From assembly GCA_030390025.1 (NCBI GenBank), contig CM059432.1:28894001-28958000 (forward strand): DNA of 64,000 nucleotides, given 5' to 3'. This stretch comes from Squalus acanthias (taxonomy: Eukaryota). The notes beneath the pieces are model-generated. The model was not told the DNA's origin. It ran no database searches and worked only from the letters and a program-made list of their open reading frames with translations. Positions 46,632-60,025 of the stretch are shown piece after piece. Position numbers and translations under genes: made by a program. How positions within the stretch are numbered: position 1 is the first letter of the stretch; every line of letters begins with the position of its first letter.

Positions 46632-47064
46632 TGAAAGACTTGCATTTATATAGCACCTTTCACGACCACCGGACATCCCAAAGTGCTTTGCAGTCAATGA
46701 AATACTTTTTGAACTGTTGTAATGTAGGAAATGCAGCAGCCAATTTGCGCACAGCAAGCTCCCACAAACAACATTGTGATAATGACCAGATAATCTGTTT
46801 AGTGATGTTGGTTGAGGGATAAATATTGACCAGGACACCAGGGATAACTCCCCTGCTCTTCTTCGGAATAGTGGCATGGAATCTTTAACATCCACCTGAG
46901 AGGGCCTCAGTTTAACATCATCCGAAAAACAGCACCTTCTACAGTGCAACACTCCCTCAGTACTGCACTGGAGTGTCAGCCTAGATTTTTGTGTTACAAG
47001 TCTCTGGAGTGGGACTTGAACACGCAGCCTTCTGACTTAAAGGCAACTGAGCCACAGCTGACAC
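46632..47064 (-). mobile_element. Deu-domain SINE (SacSINE1-like), near full length
   Basis: tRNA-like head (GTGGCTCAGTTG, GTTCAAGTCCC), Deu-like core, and tail shared with the L2-type fragments (CTATATAAATGCAAG). Confidence 0.78.
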
Positions 47065-48329
47065 TCAAACAGCTGACACACAAAGAAGTATTAAGAATAA
47101 GGCCAAACCGGAGCAACCATCTGAAGAGATGGTGACCCTTCATTTACATCTTTACTAAGCCTTTGAGATGTTGACAAAGATGCTCTGTTTTTCCTGTATT
47201 TTCTGTATTTATTTCAGCTTAATTTTTATTTTTCTCTGTAGGGTTTGAACTGTAAATGCAGACCTGGCTTCCCAAAAACCCACACTTTCTCCCTGTCCTG
47301 AATTTCAATTCCTGCTGATTTTGACTTTGAAGAATCTGGTGGCCCCAGATTCCCAGTGAAGAAAAAAGAAGGGAATATACTGAGAACGAAGAATAATGCA
47401 CGCACTCGGGCTTATTTTCCAAGCGCTTAAGGCACCCACAGCAAGTTATTGTGGCAAGATGTTTTAAGGTAGTCACTAACTTGTTTCTTTGGTGCATGCC
47501 CCAAAAGTGTTTTCACCAAAAGATTGCGGATCAACAAAATACCCCATTTGTGTGTTTAATTTTTTAATCCGATCTCCACAAAACTTTCATATCTTCCTTT
47601 CTAATTTGTACCCAGCTCTAAATAGCCCCGAGTAAATCTTATAAACATAATCCAGGTAATTTTTTTTTCATAAATAGCCTCTACACCGCCCCCCCCCCCC
47701 CCCCCCCCTGGCAAAAAAAAATATGAGCACCCCTGGGTGCCACCAAGCTCAGGGACAGGTGCTGTTGCCGAAAGTACATGTATTCCAATTTGCCTATAGG
47801 TGGCAGTGCAAGACTTACACTGGGATTATCTGGCTCACATGCAACAGTATTACTGGGACATTCTGCTATTCTGCTACTGATGGAAAATAGTTCGACATAA
47901 GTTGTAAACAATTTTTTTATTCTGCCTGTATTTTTAAAAATAATTTTTTTCGCATTAACAACTACACAGTGCAACAGTACTGCCACTTAAAGCAGTCATG
48001 TCACTGACCAAGGGAAGGTTTTCCCACTTTTTGCATTTAGTGTTAGAGTTGTGAATTTTCCAGTCAAGTATAGCGCAGCCTAAGTGTAGAGGAAAGCTCC
48101 CTCTACACCAAGAGTGTTCAACCTGTGGCACCAGGCTTGGGCCTGGTCTCCAGCCCAGGCAATTTAGCCCTTGATGCCTGGGCAAGTTCAGTCCTATCTA
48201 TATTTATATTTTTAAAATGCTGTTTTGGCCTGTTTGAATTTTGTGTGCCTGGACGTTTGGAAAGAGCTTTTCTTTTTAGCTCTGTTGCATCATTGGTGGA
48301 TAAATCCTAAATCAGAAAACAAGATCTGT

Positions 48330-50749
48330 TGAGCAGATCCTCAATGATGGCGGAGCCCAGCACGCGAGTGCAAAAGATAAGGCTGAAGCATTTGCAACCA
48401 TCTTCAGCCAGAAGTGCCGAGTGGATGATCCATCCCAGCCTCCTCCTGAGGTCCCCACCATCACAGAAGTCAGTCTTCAGCCAATTCGATTCACTCCACG
48501 TGATATCAAGAAACGGCTGAGCACACTGGATACAGCAAAGGCTATGGGCCTCGACAATATCCCAGCTGTTGTGCTGAAGACTTGCGCTCCAGAACTAACC
48601 GCGCCTCTAGCCAAGCTGTTCCACTGGCATCTACCCGACAATGTGGAAAACTGCCCAGGTATGTCCTGCCCACAAAAAGCAGGACAAATCCAATCCGCCA
48701 ATTACCGCCCCATCATTCTACTCTCAATCATCAGCTATCAAGCAGCACTTAATCACCAATAACCTGCTCACTGATGCACAGTTTGGGTTCCGCCAGGACC
48801 ACTCAGCTCTAGCCCTCATTACAGCCTTGGTCCAAACATGGGCAAAAGAGCTGAATTCCATAGGTGAGGTGAGAGTGACTGCCCTTGACATCAAGGCAGC
48901 ATTTGACTGAGTGTGGCATCAAGGAGTCCTAGTAAAATTGAAGTCAATGGGAATCAGGGGAAAAACTCTTCACTGGCTGGAGTCATATCTAGCACAAAGG
49001 AAGATGGTTGTGGTTGTTGGAGACCAATCATCTCAGCCCCAGGACATCGCTGTAGCAGTTCCTCAGGGCAATGTCCTAGGCCCAACAATCTTCAGCTGCT
49101 TCATCAATGACCTTCTCTCCATCATAAGGTCAGATGGGGATGGTCGCTGATGATTGCACAGTGTTCAGTTCCATTCGTAACTCCTCAGATAATGAAGCAG
49201 TCTATGCCCACATGCAGCAAGACCTGGATGACATTCAGGCTTGGGCTGATAAGTACACACTGTAAGAACACACTATTTGCTGTAAATTTTGCGATAACTT
49301 GAAACGTTGACCAAATATTATGTACCATCATGCTTCGCGAGGCCAAGAGACTGGTTGCTGAGATGCTACGGTTGTAAGCTGTGAAAGCTGCCAATTGTCT
49401 TTCAACAGATATGGAAAACAAACTATTAAAGTTCTGTGAGAACAGACTATTGAGCTGTGGCATCAGTGCAAAGACAAAAACATCTTCAAACTATGAAATG
49501 TAACTAGCCTTGAAACCCATGGAGGCTCAACGAACTATTGATAAGAAGAACTGAAAAACAACTGATGACCATTATGCCATATAGTTAGGGACACGTATAC
49601 AGTGGGAGGGTTGCCAAGTTTTAAGGTATAAAAGATGTTGTAAAAAAACATTCGGGGCTGCAGTCGGGGGCGACCTGGTCAGTTGCCAGAAATCATATGT
49701 CTAGTCACAGTCGAATTGACCACTCGCTGGTGTAAGTGATTTTGTTTTGCTCGAGCTGAAAGTAAAGGGATAGCTCTGTGTGTGTTTAGGTATAATTGGG
49801 AATTATTATATGTTACAAGACTATCGGATTGTAATCTCTTGCTGATGTTTAAGTAAAAGAGGCTTTCACAGATTCATTGGGTTTTGTGTTGTCTGTTCGA
49901 CGGGTCTGAACTTTGGAAACTGACGGGGCGAGAGGCGATTTCCGCACGTCTTACAGTGGCAAGTAGCATTTGCGCCACACAAGTGCCAGGCAATGACTAT
50001 CTCCAACAAGAGAGCATCTAACCACCGCCCCTTGTCATTCAATGGCATTATCATCGCCGAATCCCCCAACATCAACATCCAAGGGGTCACCATTGATCAG
50101 AAACTAAACTGGACCAGCCACATAAATACTGTGGCTACAAGAGCAGGACAGAGGCTGGGTATTCTGCGGCGAGTGTCTCACCTCCTGACTCCCCAAAGCC
50201 TTTCCACCATCTACAAGCACAAGTAAGGAGTGTGGTGGAATACTCTCCACTTGCCTGGATGAGTGCAGCTCCAACAACACTTAAGAAGCTCGACACCATT
50301 CAGGACAAAGCAACCCGCTTGATTGGCACCCCATCCACCACCTTAAACATTCACTCCCTCCACCACCGGCGCATTGTGGCTGCAGTATGCACCATCTACA
50401 AGATGCATTGCAGCAACTCGTCAAGGCTTCTTCGACAGCACCTCCCAAACCCACGACCTCTACCATCTAGAAGGACAAAGGCAGCAGGCGCACGGGAACA
50501 CCATCACCTCCAAGTTCCCCTCCAAGTCTTACACCATCCTGACTTGGAAATATATTGCCGTTCCTTCATAATCGCTGCATCAAAATCCTGGAACTCCCTC
50601 CCTAACAGCACTGTGGGAGTACCTTCACCACACGGACTGCAGCGGTTCAAGAAGGCGGCTCACCACCACCTTCTCAAGGGCAATTAAGGATGGGCAATAA
50701 ATGCTGGCATTGCCAGTGATGCGCACATCCCAGAAATGAATAAAAAAAA
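48330..50749 (+). mobile_element. Second LINE family copy, interrupted by an LTR-like insert
   Basis: RT fragments (AMGLDNIP, NYRPI, ALDIKAAFD, VPQG); same 3' end as 27031-28268; A tail. Confidence 0.9.
49261..49955 (+). mobile_element. Solo-LTR-like insertion (695 bp)
   Basis: TGTAAGA...TCTTACA termini, TATAAAA at ~49627, AGTAAA variants; interrupts LINE sequence GATAAGT|GGCAAGT; no clean TSD. Confidence 0.75.
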
Positions 50750-51253
50750 CTTGAGATTGTTTCAAATTGAAGGGAACATAGAATTAAACTTTATATGTGA
50801 TTCCCGAGGCTCCATAATACACACATTTGTAGTCCACAAAGACAAAAAAACTTGGCACCCCACCCCAGCGATTAGGGTAGGAATTCCTTTGGTTGCTGTG
50901 TGTAACAACAGTGTAAGGAATTTGTGGATATTTTCTTTGTTCAATACATCTAAGGAAATCATAATCAGGTTCTTTCAGAATAGAGGAGATCTTCATGAAC
51001 ACAGTTGTGAACAGAAGGATTCTAATCTCAATGTATCTTAAATAGCTTACTTTTACTTCTGCAACATTACCCACAGTTCCCTAACTTCACCCCTATTGCT
51101 TTTGAAACCCTTCCCCACACTTTTGTTACTTACAGATTCAACACCTCCAATACTGGTCTCCCAAACTCTATACAAACTCCCAACTCCAAAACTCCACCCC
51201 TGCATCTTGGCCCACACTAAGTCCTCTTTGTCCTTATGCCTGTCCTTACCAAC

Positions 51254-52592
51254 TGAAAGAGTTAATTTGGAATGGTCAAATTCAATTTCTACACAATTTG
51301 CAATAAAACCATGAGCAGTGAAGGTTTTGATAAGCTTACAGCTGCCAGGAAGTGAAGGTTTTGCAAATTGAGACAAGGAATAGATATAATTACAGCTGCC
51401 AGACAGATTTTTGAGGGAGGGTTCAGTGTTTAATAAACGGTATTGAAAGAGGCCTTTTACAAAGTTAGCTAGAGACCGTAGGCACGGTGCCAATCACAGA
51501 TAACATACAGTAGTAAACTGTGGGATTAGACTATGCTCAAAAAGGTGTAACAAGATGTAACTGCTTTTATGATTATTGCCAAATAAATATAGATAAAGGC
51601 AAAATATAATCAGGTGATTAATGTAATACCATATAATTGGACGAAAATCGATGTATGATGGCATGTAGCCAGAAAAATTGAATATAAGCTGTACTGAACA
51701 AAGGTTAAACGAGAAGAGGGTACACAAGGTCAAGGGACCTTTGTTTCTTCTCCCAGAGTACTTTGCCTAATAAACTGTGTGTTTTTGAACTTCATCTAGG
51801 CTCTGAGGGGTAAAAATTGAGTCGCGCCCCATTTGGGGCGCTAACCTCGCCGGGGCGCGACTTTTAGCGCCCCGAAAAAATTAGCGGCCCCGCGCCGGAA
51901 CTTCAGTGGTTGCGCCCCAAGAGGGAAGCGGGGCGCCACTGGAAGCACCCCGCATCCCTCTTGGGGCGCTGCAAGTGAATATCCTGGCGCTACGTGGCGC
52001 TGCGGCACGTCGCGCCGTGGTATTGCAGGCCTTCCTCCCCTTCTTAAAGGGGAGGGACCCTGCGCAGCGCGAACCGGGGCCCAGCTGGGCCCCCAGGGAT
52101 CGGGAGTGCCGGCAAAAGAGCCCGGCACTCAAGAGAAGTGCCGGGCTCTTGGAGCGCAGCCGGCACTTCACGGTGGGGGGGCTTCACGGGGGCCGGGGAC
52201 AGCAACGGGGGCAGGTGCTGGCAGGCGGCCAGCAACAAAAATGGCCGCCTGCCACCTCCCCTTTAAATATCGCCGCCCCGGCCGCACGTACGCCTCCCTG
52301 AACCCGTCGGACATAGCGTCTGGCGGTAAATCAGGGGGCGCGACTGAAGATCACGGCCGGGGCGCGAGCGGGGTGCTGCGCACGGCGATGACGTCATCGC
52401 CGGCGGCGCAGCGCCACAGGGCGCTACCGGCTGCCGCCGCCGCTAACCTCCCACTAAATTTTTTGGGAGGCGTGGGCGGCGCTGCGCCCGGGCGTTAGCT
52501 GCTTTACGCCCCATTAGCGCCCTCTTAAGGCGCTAACGGGAGGCGCAAGCAGCTGAATTTTTCCCCCTGAGAATCTTATTTTCTCCCCAACA
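51254..52592 (+). mobile_element. Solo LTR (~575 bp net) containing a MITE
   Basis: TGAAAGAG...CCCCAACA, 5-bp TSD CCAAC (51249-51253 and 52593-52597), TATAA at ~51684, AATAAA at ~51769. Confidence 0.8.
51807..52567 (+). mobile_element. CpG-rich non-autonomous Harbinger (copy-2-type ends, 761 bp)
   Basis: TIRs GGGGTAAAAATT / AATTTTTCCCCC, TSD TGA; left end matches 34982 and right end matches 61940-62012. Confidence 0.9.
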
Positions 52593-53569
52593 CCAACCTC
52601 CATTAATTCTGTTCATTCTTTAAATTTTACTTGATAACACTGAGCAGGAATATACTAATAATCAGTTTTACAGGCTTGATACGAAAGAAACAAAGGCCTG
52701 AAAGTTCCTTAAATGGCTAAATGGGAAGTTACACCACAAATTATGCCAAAATTTACACCAATCTTGCCATCTGCAATTTAGGCCAAAATTACCTGAGAAT
52801 CTCATTAGCATACGCTGGAACATAAAAACCAGCATAAAACAAGCAGAGATCAGTGCAAGCAATCAGGGCCCCAGTAAATCATGGAATTTACGCCATATTC
52901 TTTTTATGTACGAAAATTGCAGTTTGAAACCACTAAACAATTCTTTATGAACATTTTTAAACATGTTTTTAAAAAAATGCAATTGTGGAAGCTTTTTAAA
53001 TTTTAATATAACTTATTCTGATGCTATAAAAATGGATTCAAAGATACAGCAAATACAGTGAGAAGAAATTTTAAAAACAGCTTCAAAAAAATTGCTATAA
53101 AAATCAGAAATATAATTTTGGGTCCTGCCGCTCCTAAAATTTTAGGTGTAAGCTTATGTCCATTCTGAAATGCAGGAAACTCGCATTCTTTGGTCTTTTG
53201 CATGGGGGTGGGGGAGGGGGGGGTGGAGAGTTGGAGCCGTGTTAATGAACAGCAGAGGGTTCGGTGGAGGTTTCACTGAATTGAGGAAAAGAGTGAGGAA
53301 ATTTGAGCTTTAAAACGGGCGTAAGTGATTTACGCACAAATTTCCGCAATGAAAGTTAGCATTACACGATAGTGTTTCGGCACAAGTTTCAGAAAATTTC
53401 TTGGCCAAAGTAATTACTTTGAAAACTGACAAGATCCTGCGGTATTCAGAGGGTTAAAGAATTGACCAAGAATGGTCCTGGTTTCATTATTTTACTGCAG
53501 TTTGGGTGCTAATGGCTAGAGGGCAGCAACGTTCCATGTTGATCTCCGTTATAGTATATCCCACAAAAG

Positions 53570-54470
53570 TTCAGGAGAGAGAAATTGAGATTGAACGACA
53601 TAGATAGGGATAAGAGACGAGAGAGAAAATAGTTAAAGACACAGATAGAGTGACAGACTGAAAGACAAAGAGACCTGAGAGATAGCTAGAGAGAAAAATA
53701 GGAAGAGACATAGAGAGACAGAGAGAAATTGAAAGACAGCGTTATAGAGAGAGAGAGCCAGACTGAGAGACTGAGACTGAGAAGTAAGGAGTGACAGAGA
53801 TAGACAGACAAAAATACAGAGCGATAGGGAAAAACAGAGATAATGGGAGAGACAGAGAGAAACACACAGAAAGTAAGAGTTAGAGATATAGAGAGAGACT
53901 GTGAGACAGAGACACGGAAAGACAGAGAGACAGTACGACTGTCAGAGATGGAGAGAAACAGACAGACAGATAGGTAAATAGCTAGCCATATAGAGATGCA
54001 AGAGAGACGGAATTAGAGAGAGAGATAGACAGACTGTTGGAGGGACAGAGTCAGAGCCATGGGAAAGAAAAAGAGAGGGAGGTATAGAGTAAAACAGAGT
54101 GAGTGAGATGGATGGAGAAACAAAGGAAGATAATCAGAGAGATAGATGGAGAAAGTAGGAAAGAGAGATAGAAAGATAGAGTGAAGTCAAGCAACAGACG
54201 GAACAGAGATAGCTAGGCAGATAAAAAGAGATACAGAAAGAGCAAGCTAGAGAGACAGATGGTGTCAGAGAGAGAGAGCCACAGAGTGAGAAACTAAGAG
54301 ACAGAGGAAGCAACAGGGAGAGCATGATAGAGTGGGAGAGACCGAGCCAAAGACAGAAGAATACAGAGGGACACACAAAGGGAGAGAGACAGAGGCAGAT
54401 AAAAAGTCAGACAGGCCAAGATAAAGAGAGTCAGAAAAAGAGAAAGACAGAGATGGCTCAGACAGAGAGT
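53570..54470. repeat. Degenerate (GA/GACA)-rich low-complexity tract
   Basis: Purine-rich plus strand with repeated GAGA/GACAGA. Confidence 0.9.
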
Positions 54471-54921
54471 TTTCCAATATAAGTAAATTCTGATTAAAGT
54501 ATTAACAGGACTATTTATTTCCAATTTGTTATTCCACATTTTATTTTTCTCTACTGTTTCCTGACAGTTTTCTCCTCTCATCTCTTGAAAGCATTGACTC
54601 ATTGTAGGGGTCTGGTTCCACAGGCTCCAGCTACCCTTCAGTACCACATCCAAGCGGCCACTTTTAATGCGTGGGCTTTTTACAGTGAATATCATGAGGT
54701 TATTTGGCCATTGGGCAGGTGGGAGGCATTAAAGCTGAGCCCATTACTGACCACACCTGACATCTACATACATGGTGATCAGAAGCAGGAAATCAGGCCA
54801 TATTTCTTTTCTCTAGACTACAAGTGTTGAGCCCAATTGTAACATTCAAGCCACTGCCCCAGCTGACATCGAGTAACTCAGGCCTTCAAAAAATAATTGT
54901 TTTCACAAGGTTCCTCCATAA

Positions 54922-55003
54922 CAGGCCGGCGCGGACATGATGGGCCGAAATGGCCTCCTTCCGTGCTGTAACTTTCGATGATCTCTATGATCTATGATCT
55001 ATG
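54922..55003 (+). mobile_element. CR1 extreme 3' end
   Basis: Near-identical to the reverse complement of 15110-15160, with a (TATGATC)n tail. Confidence 0.75.
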
Positions 55004-55749
55004 AACAGCCCTGTACACATCCATTTGCTGCACTCACAGACTGGAACAGAATCATTGGAGTGCTGTAGGGTGAGGGAATCCCCGGGGCAGTGCACTCTCG
55101 CCCCTCTCAGAACCATCAGTGCCCATGTGTCTTATTGGTTTAATTGTGGGAATGTTCCTTTAATCTTTTCCCCAGTCTCTGCTGAGTATTTGAATATATA
55201 CATAAAAAATAAAAAGTAGCAGAGAAATATCATATGAACATGTTAAACATTTGTACACCAATGTCACCAACAGTCAGTTTTAAACTTAGAAGAACAGCTT
55301 TTGGGATTCTTGGAGAGAATGTGGGAGGATTAAGTTGGAAGTTGAAACAAAATAACAAAACAGAAGAAAGCTGGAAATATTTTCACTATTTTAAGGGAAG
55401 CAAAAAGAAAGAATCTATATGAGAAACGGGTGAAACAAGGCAATATCTGGACAAAGGTGGCTGAATAAGGAGGCCAAAAATAACCTACAGGCCAAAAAGA
55501 ATTATTTCAAAAGAATAATGGTTCTCCTGTGGTTTGCTTATTGGTAGTCTGAGGTCAGAAGCACGGTTATGACATTTAGCTGCTAACCTGGCTTGTCCCT
55601 TTTTTAGGTGTCTACTAGTAATAGACAAATCCAGCTAACTATAGCCACTTATAAACTGTGTAGGTTAAACAAAGGCCAACTCTAACTTGTAAATTGTTGG
55701 CTCTAGGTCAATTAGCATTTTTTGCAGCTATAACAAAGTGTGACACTTT

Positions 55750-55893
55750 GGGGGTGATTTTGCCAATGGGGAGCTTTTGGAGGCGGGACTCCCACTTGTC
55801 GGGTTTCAGTTTGGCACCCGCCCCCAAATTCTGCCATTTTCCCGGCAGACCCGCCTCCATACCCGCCTCCCCAGGGCTGGCAAAATCGCCCCC
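55750..55893. mobile_element. 144-bp Harbinger-type MITE
   Basis: TIRs GGGGGTGATTTTGCCA / TGGCAAAATCGCCCCC (15 of 16 match); body matches both ends of 43057-43720; flanks TTT/TGT. Confidence 0.82.
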
Positions 55894-56732
55894 TGTGAAA
55901 TGATGGGTGCATGCTAAGCACAGTACTTTTATATAGAGTCAGAGATCTCCCATTACATTACTCAAGTTGAGTCCAATGATATACTGTTTAATAAGGATAG
56001 GGGTGCCATACCATGTAATGCAGAATTTATTATTCTGCTGAGGTGGATCTGTGTCCTTTTAAGGCCACAAAATCTAATCGTCATTAAACAAAAACTGAGT
56101 CAGGTCAATCGAATGTAATTGTTGTTTGGCTAAGGGACTTTCCAGTTAAGAATGTGCTTGTTAGTTTGCAGGCAACAATCAACCAGAATTTTAAGGTAAC
56201 AAAATGTGACATCTGTAATGTGATGTCTGCATATCCGATGCATATCATTTTTAATGAAGTAATTATTCAGATGAGTATAGATAGATATATACAAGGAAAC
56301 ATAACACAGGAGAAAAACAATAAACAGCACTATGAATCATACAATCGTTAGCTGAGGATAGTGAAAATGAGGACTGCAAGGGGTGGAAATGCAACAGAAA
56401 GACAGTCGTAGCACAAGAGAATTTTGTTTTACATTTTTCTCTCTCAGTGTTATCCTCCTCCCTCTTCTGACAGTTCAGACTTCAGACTTAAGGTTCCATA
56501 GCACCAGCTGCCTTTTAGTGTATCTCTTGGGTGGCTGTTGACAGTATGAACCTCGACAGTGAGTGTTGACAGTCTATTTGACTGCGAGCAGGAGAGAGCA
56601 TAACAGCTAAGCCCAATCTTCTCCTGGATCTAAGCCATACGTGCACACTTCCAGCAATGTTTACGGGATAGCAATCAGACCACTAATAGTGACCAATTTT
56701 CAACTCTATAATCCAAGGGCACCGAGATCAAT

Positions 56733-57610
56733 TCTGCAAGGGGATATAGACAGGCTAAGTGAATGGGCAAACATTTGGCAGATGGAGTATAATGTGGGAA
56801 AGTGCGAGGTTATACACTTTGGCAGGAAAAATAAAAAAGCAAATTATTATTTAAATGGAGAGAGATTACAAAATGCTACAGTTCAGAGGGACCTGGGTGT
56901 CCTTGTGTATGAAACACAAAAGTTAGCATGCAGGTACAGCAAGTAATCAAAAAGGCAAATGGAATGTTGGCCTTTATTTCAAAGGGGTTGGAGTATAAAA
57001 GCAGGGAAGTTCTGCTACAACTGTACAGGGTATTGGTGAGACCACACCTTGAGTACTGCATACAGTTTTGGTCTCCTTATTTAAGGAAGGATATACTTGC
57101 ATTGGAGGCAGTTCAGAGATGATTCACTAGGTTAAGTCCAGAGATGAGGGGGTTGACTTATGAGGAAAGGTTGAGCAGGCTGGGCCTATACTCTTTGGAA
57201 TTTAGAAGAATGAGAGGTGATCTTATTGAAACATATAAGATACTGAGGGGGCATGACAAGGTAGGTGCAGAGAGGATGTTTCCCCTCGTGGGAAATCTAG
57301 AACGCGGGGGCACAGTTTTAGAATAAAGGGTCGCCCTTTTAGAACTGAGATGAGGAGGAATTTCTTCTCTCAGAGGGTCGTAAATCTGTGGAATTCTCTG
57401 CCCCAGAGAGCCATGGAGGCTGGGTCATTAAATACATTTAAGGTGGAGATAGACAGATTTTTGCAAGATAAGGGAGTGAAGGGTTATGGGGAGTGGACGG
57501 GAAGTGGATTTGAGCCCAAGATCAGCCATGATCTTATTGAATGGCAGAGCAGGCTCGAGGGGCCAAGTGGCCTATTCCTGCTCCTATTTCTTATGTTCTT
57601 ATGTTCTTAT
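56733..57610 (+). mobile_element. CR1 LINE 3' fragment
   Basis: Frameshifted RT C-terminus and (TTCTTATG)n tail; same family as 24667-26575. Confidence 0.9.
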
Positions 57611-57851
57611 ATCAGCTAATTACAGACCTGGGACTTTCCTTATGATTCGCTACTCACTACTCTAAATAGCTGAGTGATTGAGTAGGTAGAATGTTAAAGA
57701 CCAGATAGTACATTGAAGGACACATGCTAGAGAACCAGGATGTGTTAAATTAACGCTTTCTGTGAGATTTCACAAATTAAGATTCTGAAGAAATTCCTGC
57801 TCCAATCAAACTGGCACAACAACGTATCCATTTGTAGCGATCAGTACATGA

Positions 57852-59668
57852 GGGGGAGAAATTGGCCTAAGGGCTTCCCGACCGTGCGCGGCGAAATTAC
57901 CGACGCCCGCGAACTTCCATGGCGGGTTAGCGCTGGTGCTAAAACTTACTGACCTTGATCTCCTGCGCCCCGGAGATCGTGACGTGATCTGGTGCGCAGC
58001 GCCCCATTATCGCCCTGGATGTAAAGTTCGCTTCCACCCCCTGCAGCATTGCCGGGCGTCAACAACGGCAGCTGCAGGAAGCATTGTCACCTCGGCTAGC
58101 CGCTTGGGGAGCGCTAATTAAACGCAGTGGTGGTCAGGAAGGCCAAAATTTAATAATGTCCCCAGTGTGCTGTATTTTGATTGTTTTCCAGCCCACGATT
58201 GATCAGCCCTGCACTCTCTTAGAGTGCTTGGGGTTTCTTTGCGTATATCCCAAGTGCCGTCGACAACCATTCCCAGCCTTAGCCTTCAATGTCCACCGCA
58301 TTGGCCCTTCCCTTTAAGGGAGGGAAGGAGCCTGTAAAACCGGCAGCGCTGCACGGATTATTGTGCAGCGCTCTGCCGCTACTGCCCCTCTTAGTCCCTT
58401 TAGCGCTCTAAGGGAAGTGGTAGTGCTTACTCACCAATAACCTGCTCACTGATGCCCACTCGGCTCCTGACCTTGGTCCAAACATGGACAATTAGCTGAA
58501 TTCCAGAGGTGAGGTGAGAGTGACTGCCCTTGACATCAAGGCAACATTTGACCGAGTGTGGCATCAAGGAGCCCTAGTAAAACTGAAGTCAATGGGATTC
58601 GGGGGAAAACTCTCCACTGGCTGGAGTCATACCTAGCACAAAGGAAGATGGTTGTGGTGGTTGGAGGTCAATCATCACAGTCCCAGGATATCGCTGCAGG
58701 AGTTCCTCAGGGCAGTGTCCTAGGCCCAACCATCTTCAGCTGCTTCATCAATGACCTTCCCTCCATCATAAGGTCAGAAGTAGGGATGTTCGCTGATGAT
58801 TGCACAATGCTCAGTACCATTCACAACTCCTCAGATAATGAAGCAGTCCATGCCCGCATGCAGCAAGACCTGGATGACGTTCAGGATTGGGCTGATGAGT
58901 GGCAGGTAACATTCGCGCCACACAAGTGCCAGGCAATGACTATCTCCAACAAGCGAGAGCCTAACCACCGCCCCATGACATTCAACAGCATTACCATCGC
59001 CGAATCCCCCACCATCAAGATCCTGGGGGTCAGCCATTGACCAGAAACTTAACTGGACCAGCCACATTAATACTGTGACAACAAGAGCAGGTCAGAGGCT
59101 ATGTATTCTGTGGCGAGTGTCTCACCTCCTGACTCCCCAAAGTCTTTCCACCATCTACAAGGCACAAGTAAAGGATATGATGGAATATTCTCTACTTGCC
59201 TGGATGAGTGCAGCTCCAACAACACTCAAGAAGCTCGACACCATCCAGGACAAAGCAGCCCATTTGATTGGCACCCCATCCACCACCTTAGACATTCACT
59301 CCCTCCACCACCGGCGTACCGTGTCTGCAATGTGGAACACCGCCACCTCCAAGTTCCCCTCCAAGTCACACACCATCCTGACTTAGAAGTTTATCGCCGA
59401 TCCTTCATCGTCGCTGTGTCAAAATCCTGGAACTCCCTCCCTAACAGCACTGTGGGAGTACCTTCACCACAAGGACTGCAGCGGTTCAAGAAGGCGGCTC
59501 ACCACCACCGTCTCAAGGGCAATTAGGGATGGGCAATAAATGCTGGCCTTGCCAGCGATGCCCACATCCCACGAACGAATAAAAAAAAAATGGAAGTTCC
59601 CGTCGGAATCAATTGTGTCGCGCCCGGCGTTTATCGCCCCAGACTGGGCGCTACTCACTTTCTAGCCC
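57852..59668 (-). mobile_element. Non-autonomous Harbinger derivative split by a LINE
   Basis: GGGGGAGAAATT at 57852 and CACTTTCTAGCCC at 59668; resembles 51807-52567 in reverse; flanking triplets do not match. Confidence 0.72.
58429..59590 (+). mobile_element. Second LINE family copy
   Basis: [10 protein letters not shown] and FADD motifs, same 3' stem-loop and A tail. Confidence 0.9.
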
Positions 59669-59779
59669 AAAAAACCAAACAGGTTCCAAGGAAATAAACA
59701 CTAATATTACAATAATAACACTACTCATAAGTAAAGGAATAATTTTATTATTGTAAGATTAACCATAAACTTTTAAAAT

Positions 59780-60025
59780 CAGTGGGGTCCATACTATAGT
59801 AAGGATGTTGAGGCAATCGAGTGGGTACCTGCAGCTTCACTAGGATGCTGTCTGGTATGAGGAAATACAAATATGAAGAAAGACTTGAAAAATTGGGGCT
59901 ACTGTCATTAGAACAGAGGAGATTATGGGGTGATTTGATCGAGGTGTTTAAAACTATGAAGGGATAGGACAGGAAATAGAAACAAATTGTTTCCAGTGAT
60001 TGAGGGGTCTAGAATGAGGGGACTT
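59780..60025 (+). mobile_element. Old CR1 fragment
   Basis: Decayed equivalent of WSPHYRKDV..EQRRLRGDLIEVFK. Confidence 0.65.

Noticed and set aside
46995..47064. tRNA gene
   Set aside because: The A/B boxes are the SINE head; no complete cloverleaf.
47790..47808. CTCF-like motif (CCTATAGGTGGCAG)
   Set aside because: Partial match only; expected by chance in 64 kb.
51841..52498. Overlapping GC-rich ORFs
   Set aside because: Stop-poor MITE sequence; no domain.
54134..54477. Ser/Leu-rich ORFs
   Set aside because: Translation of the (TC)-rich strand of a low-complexity tract.
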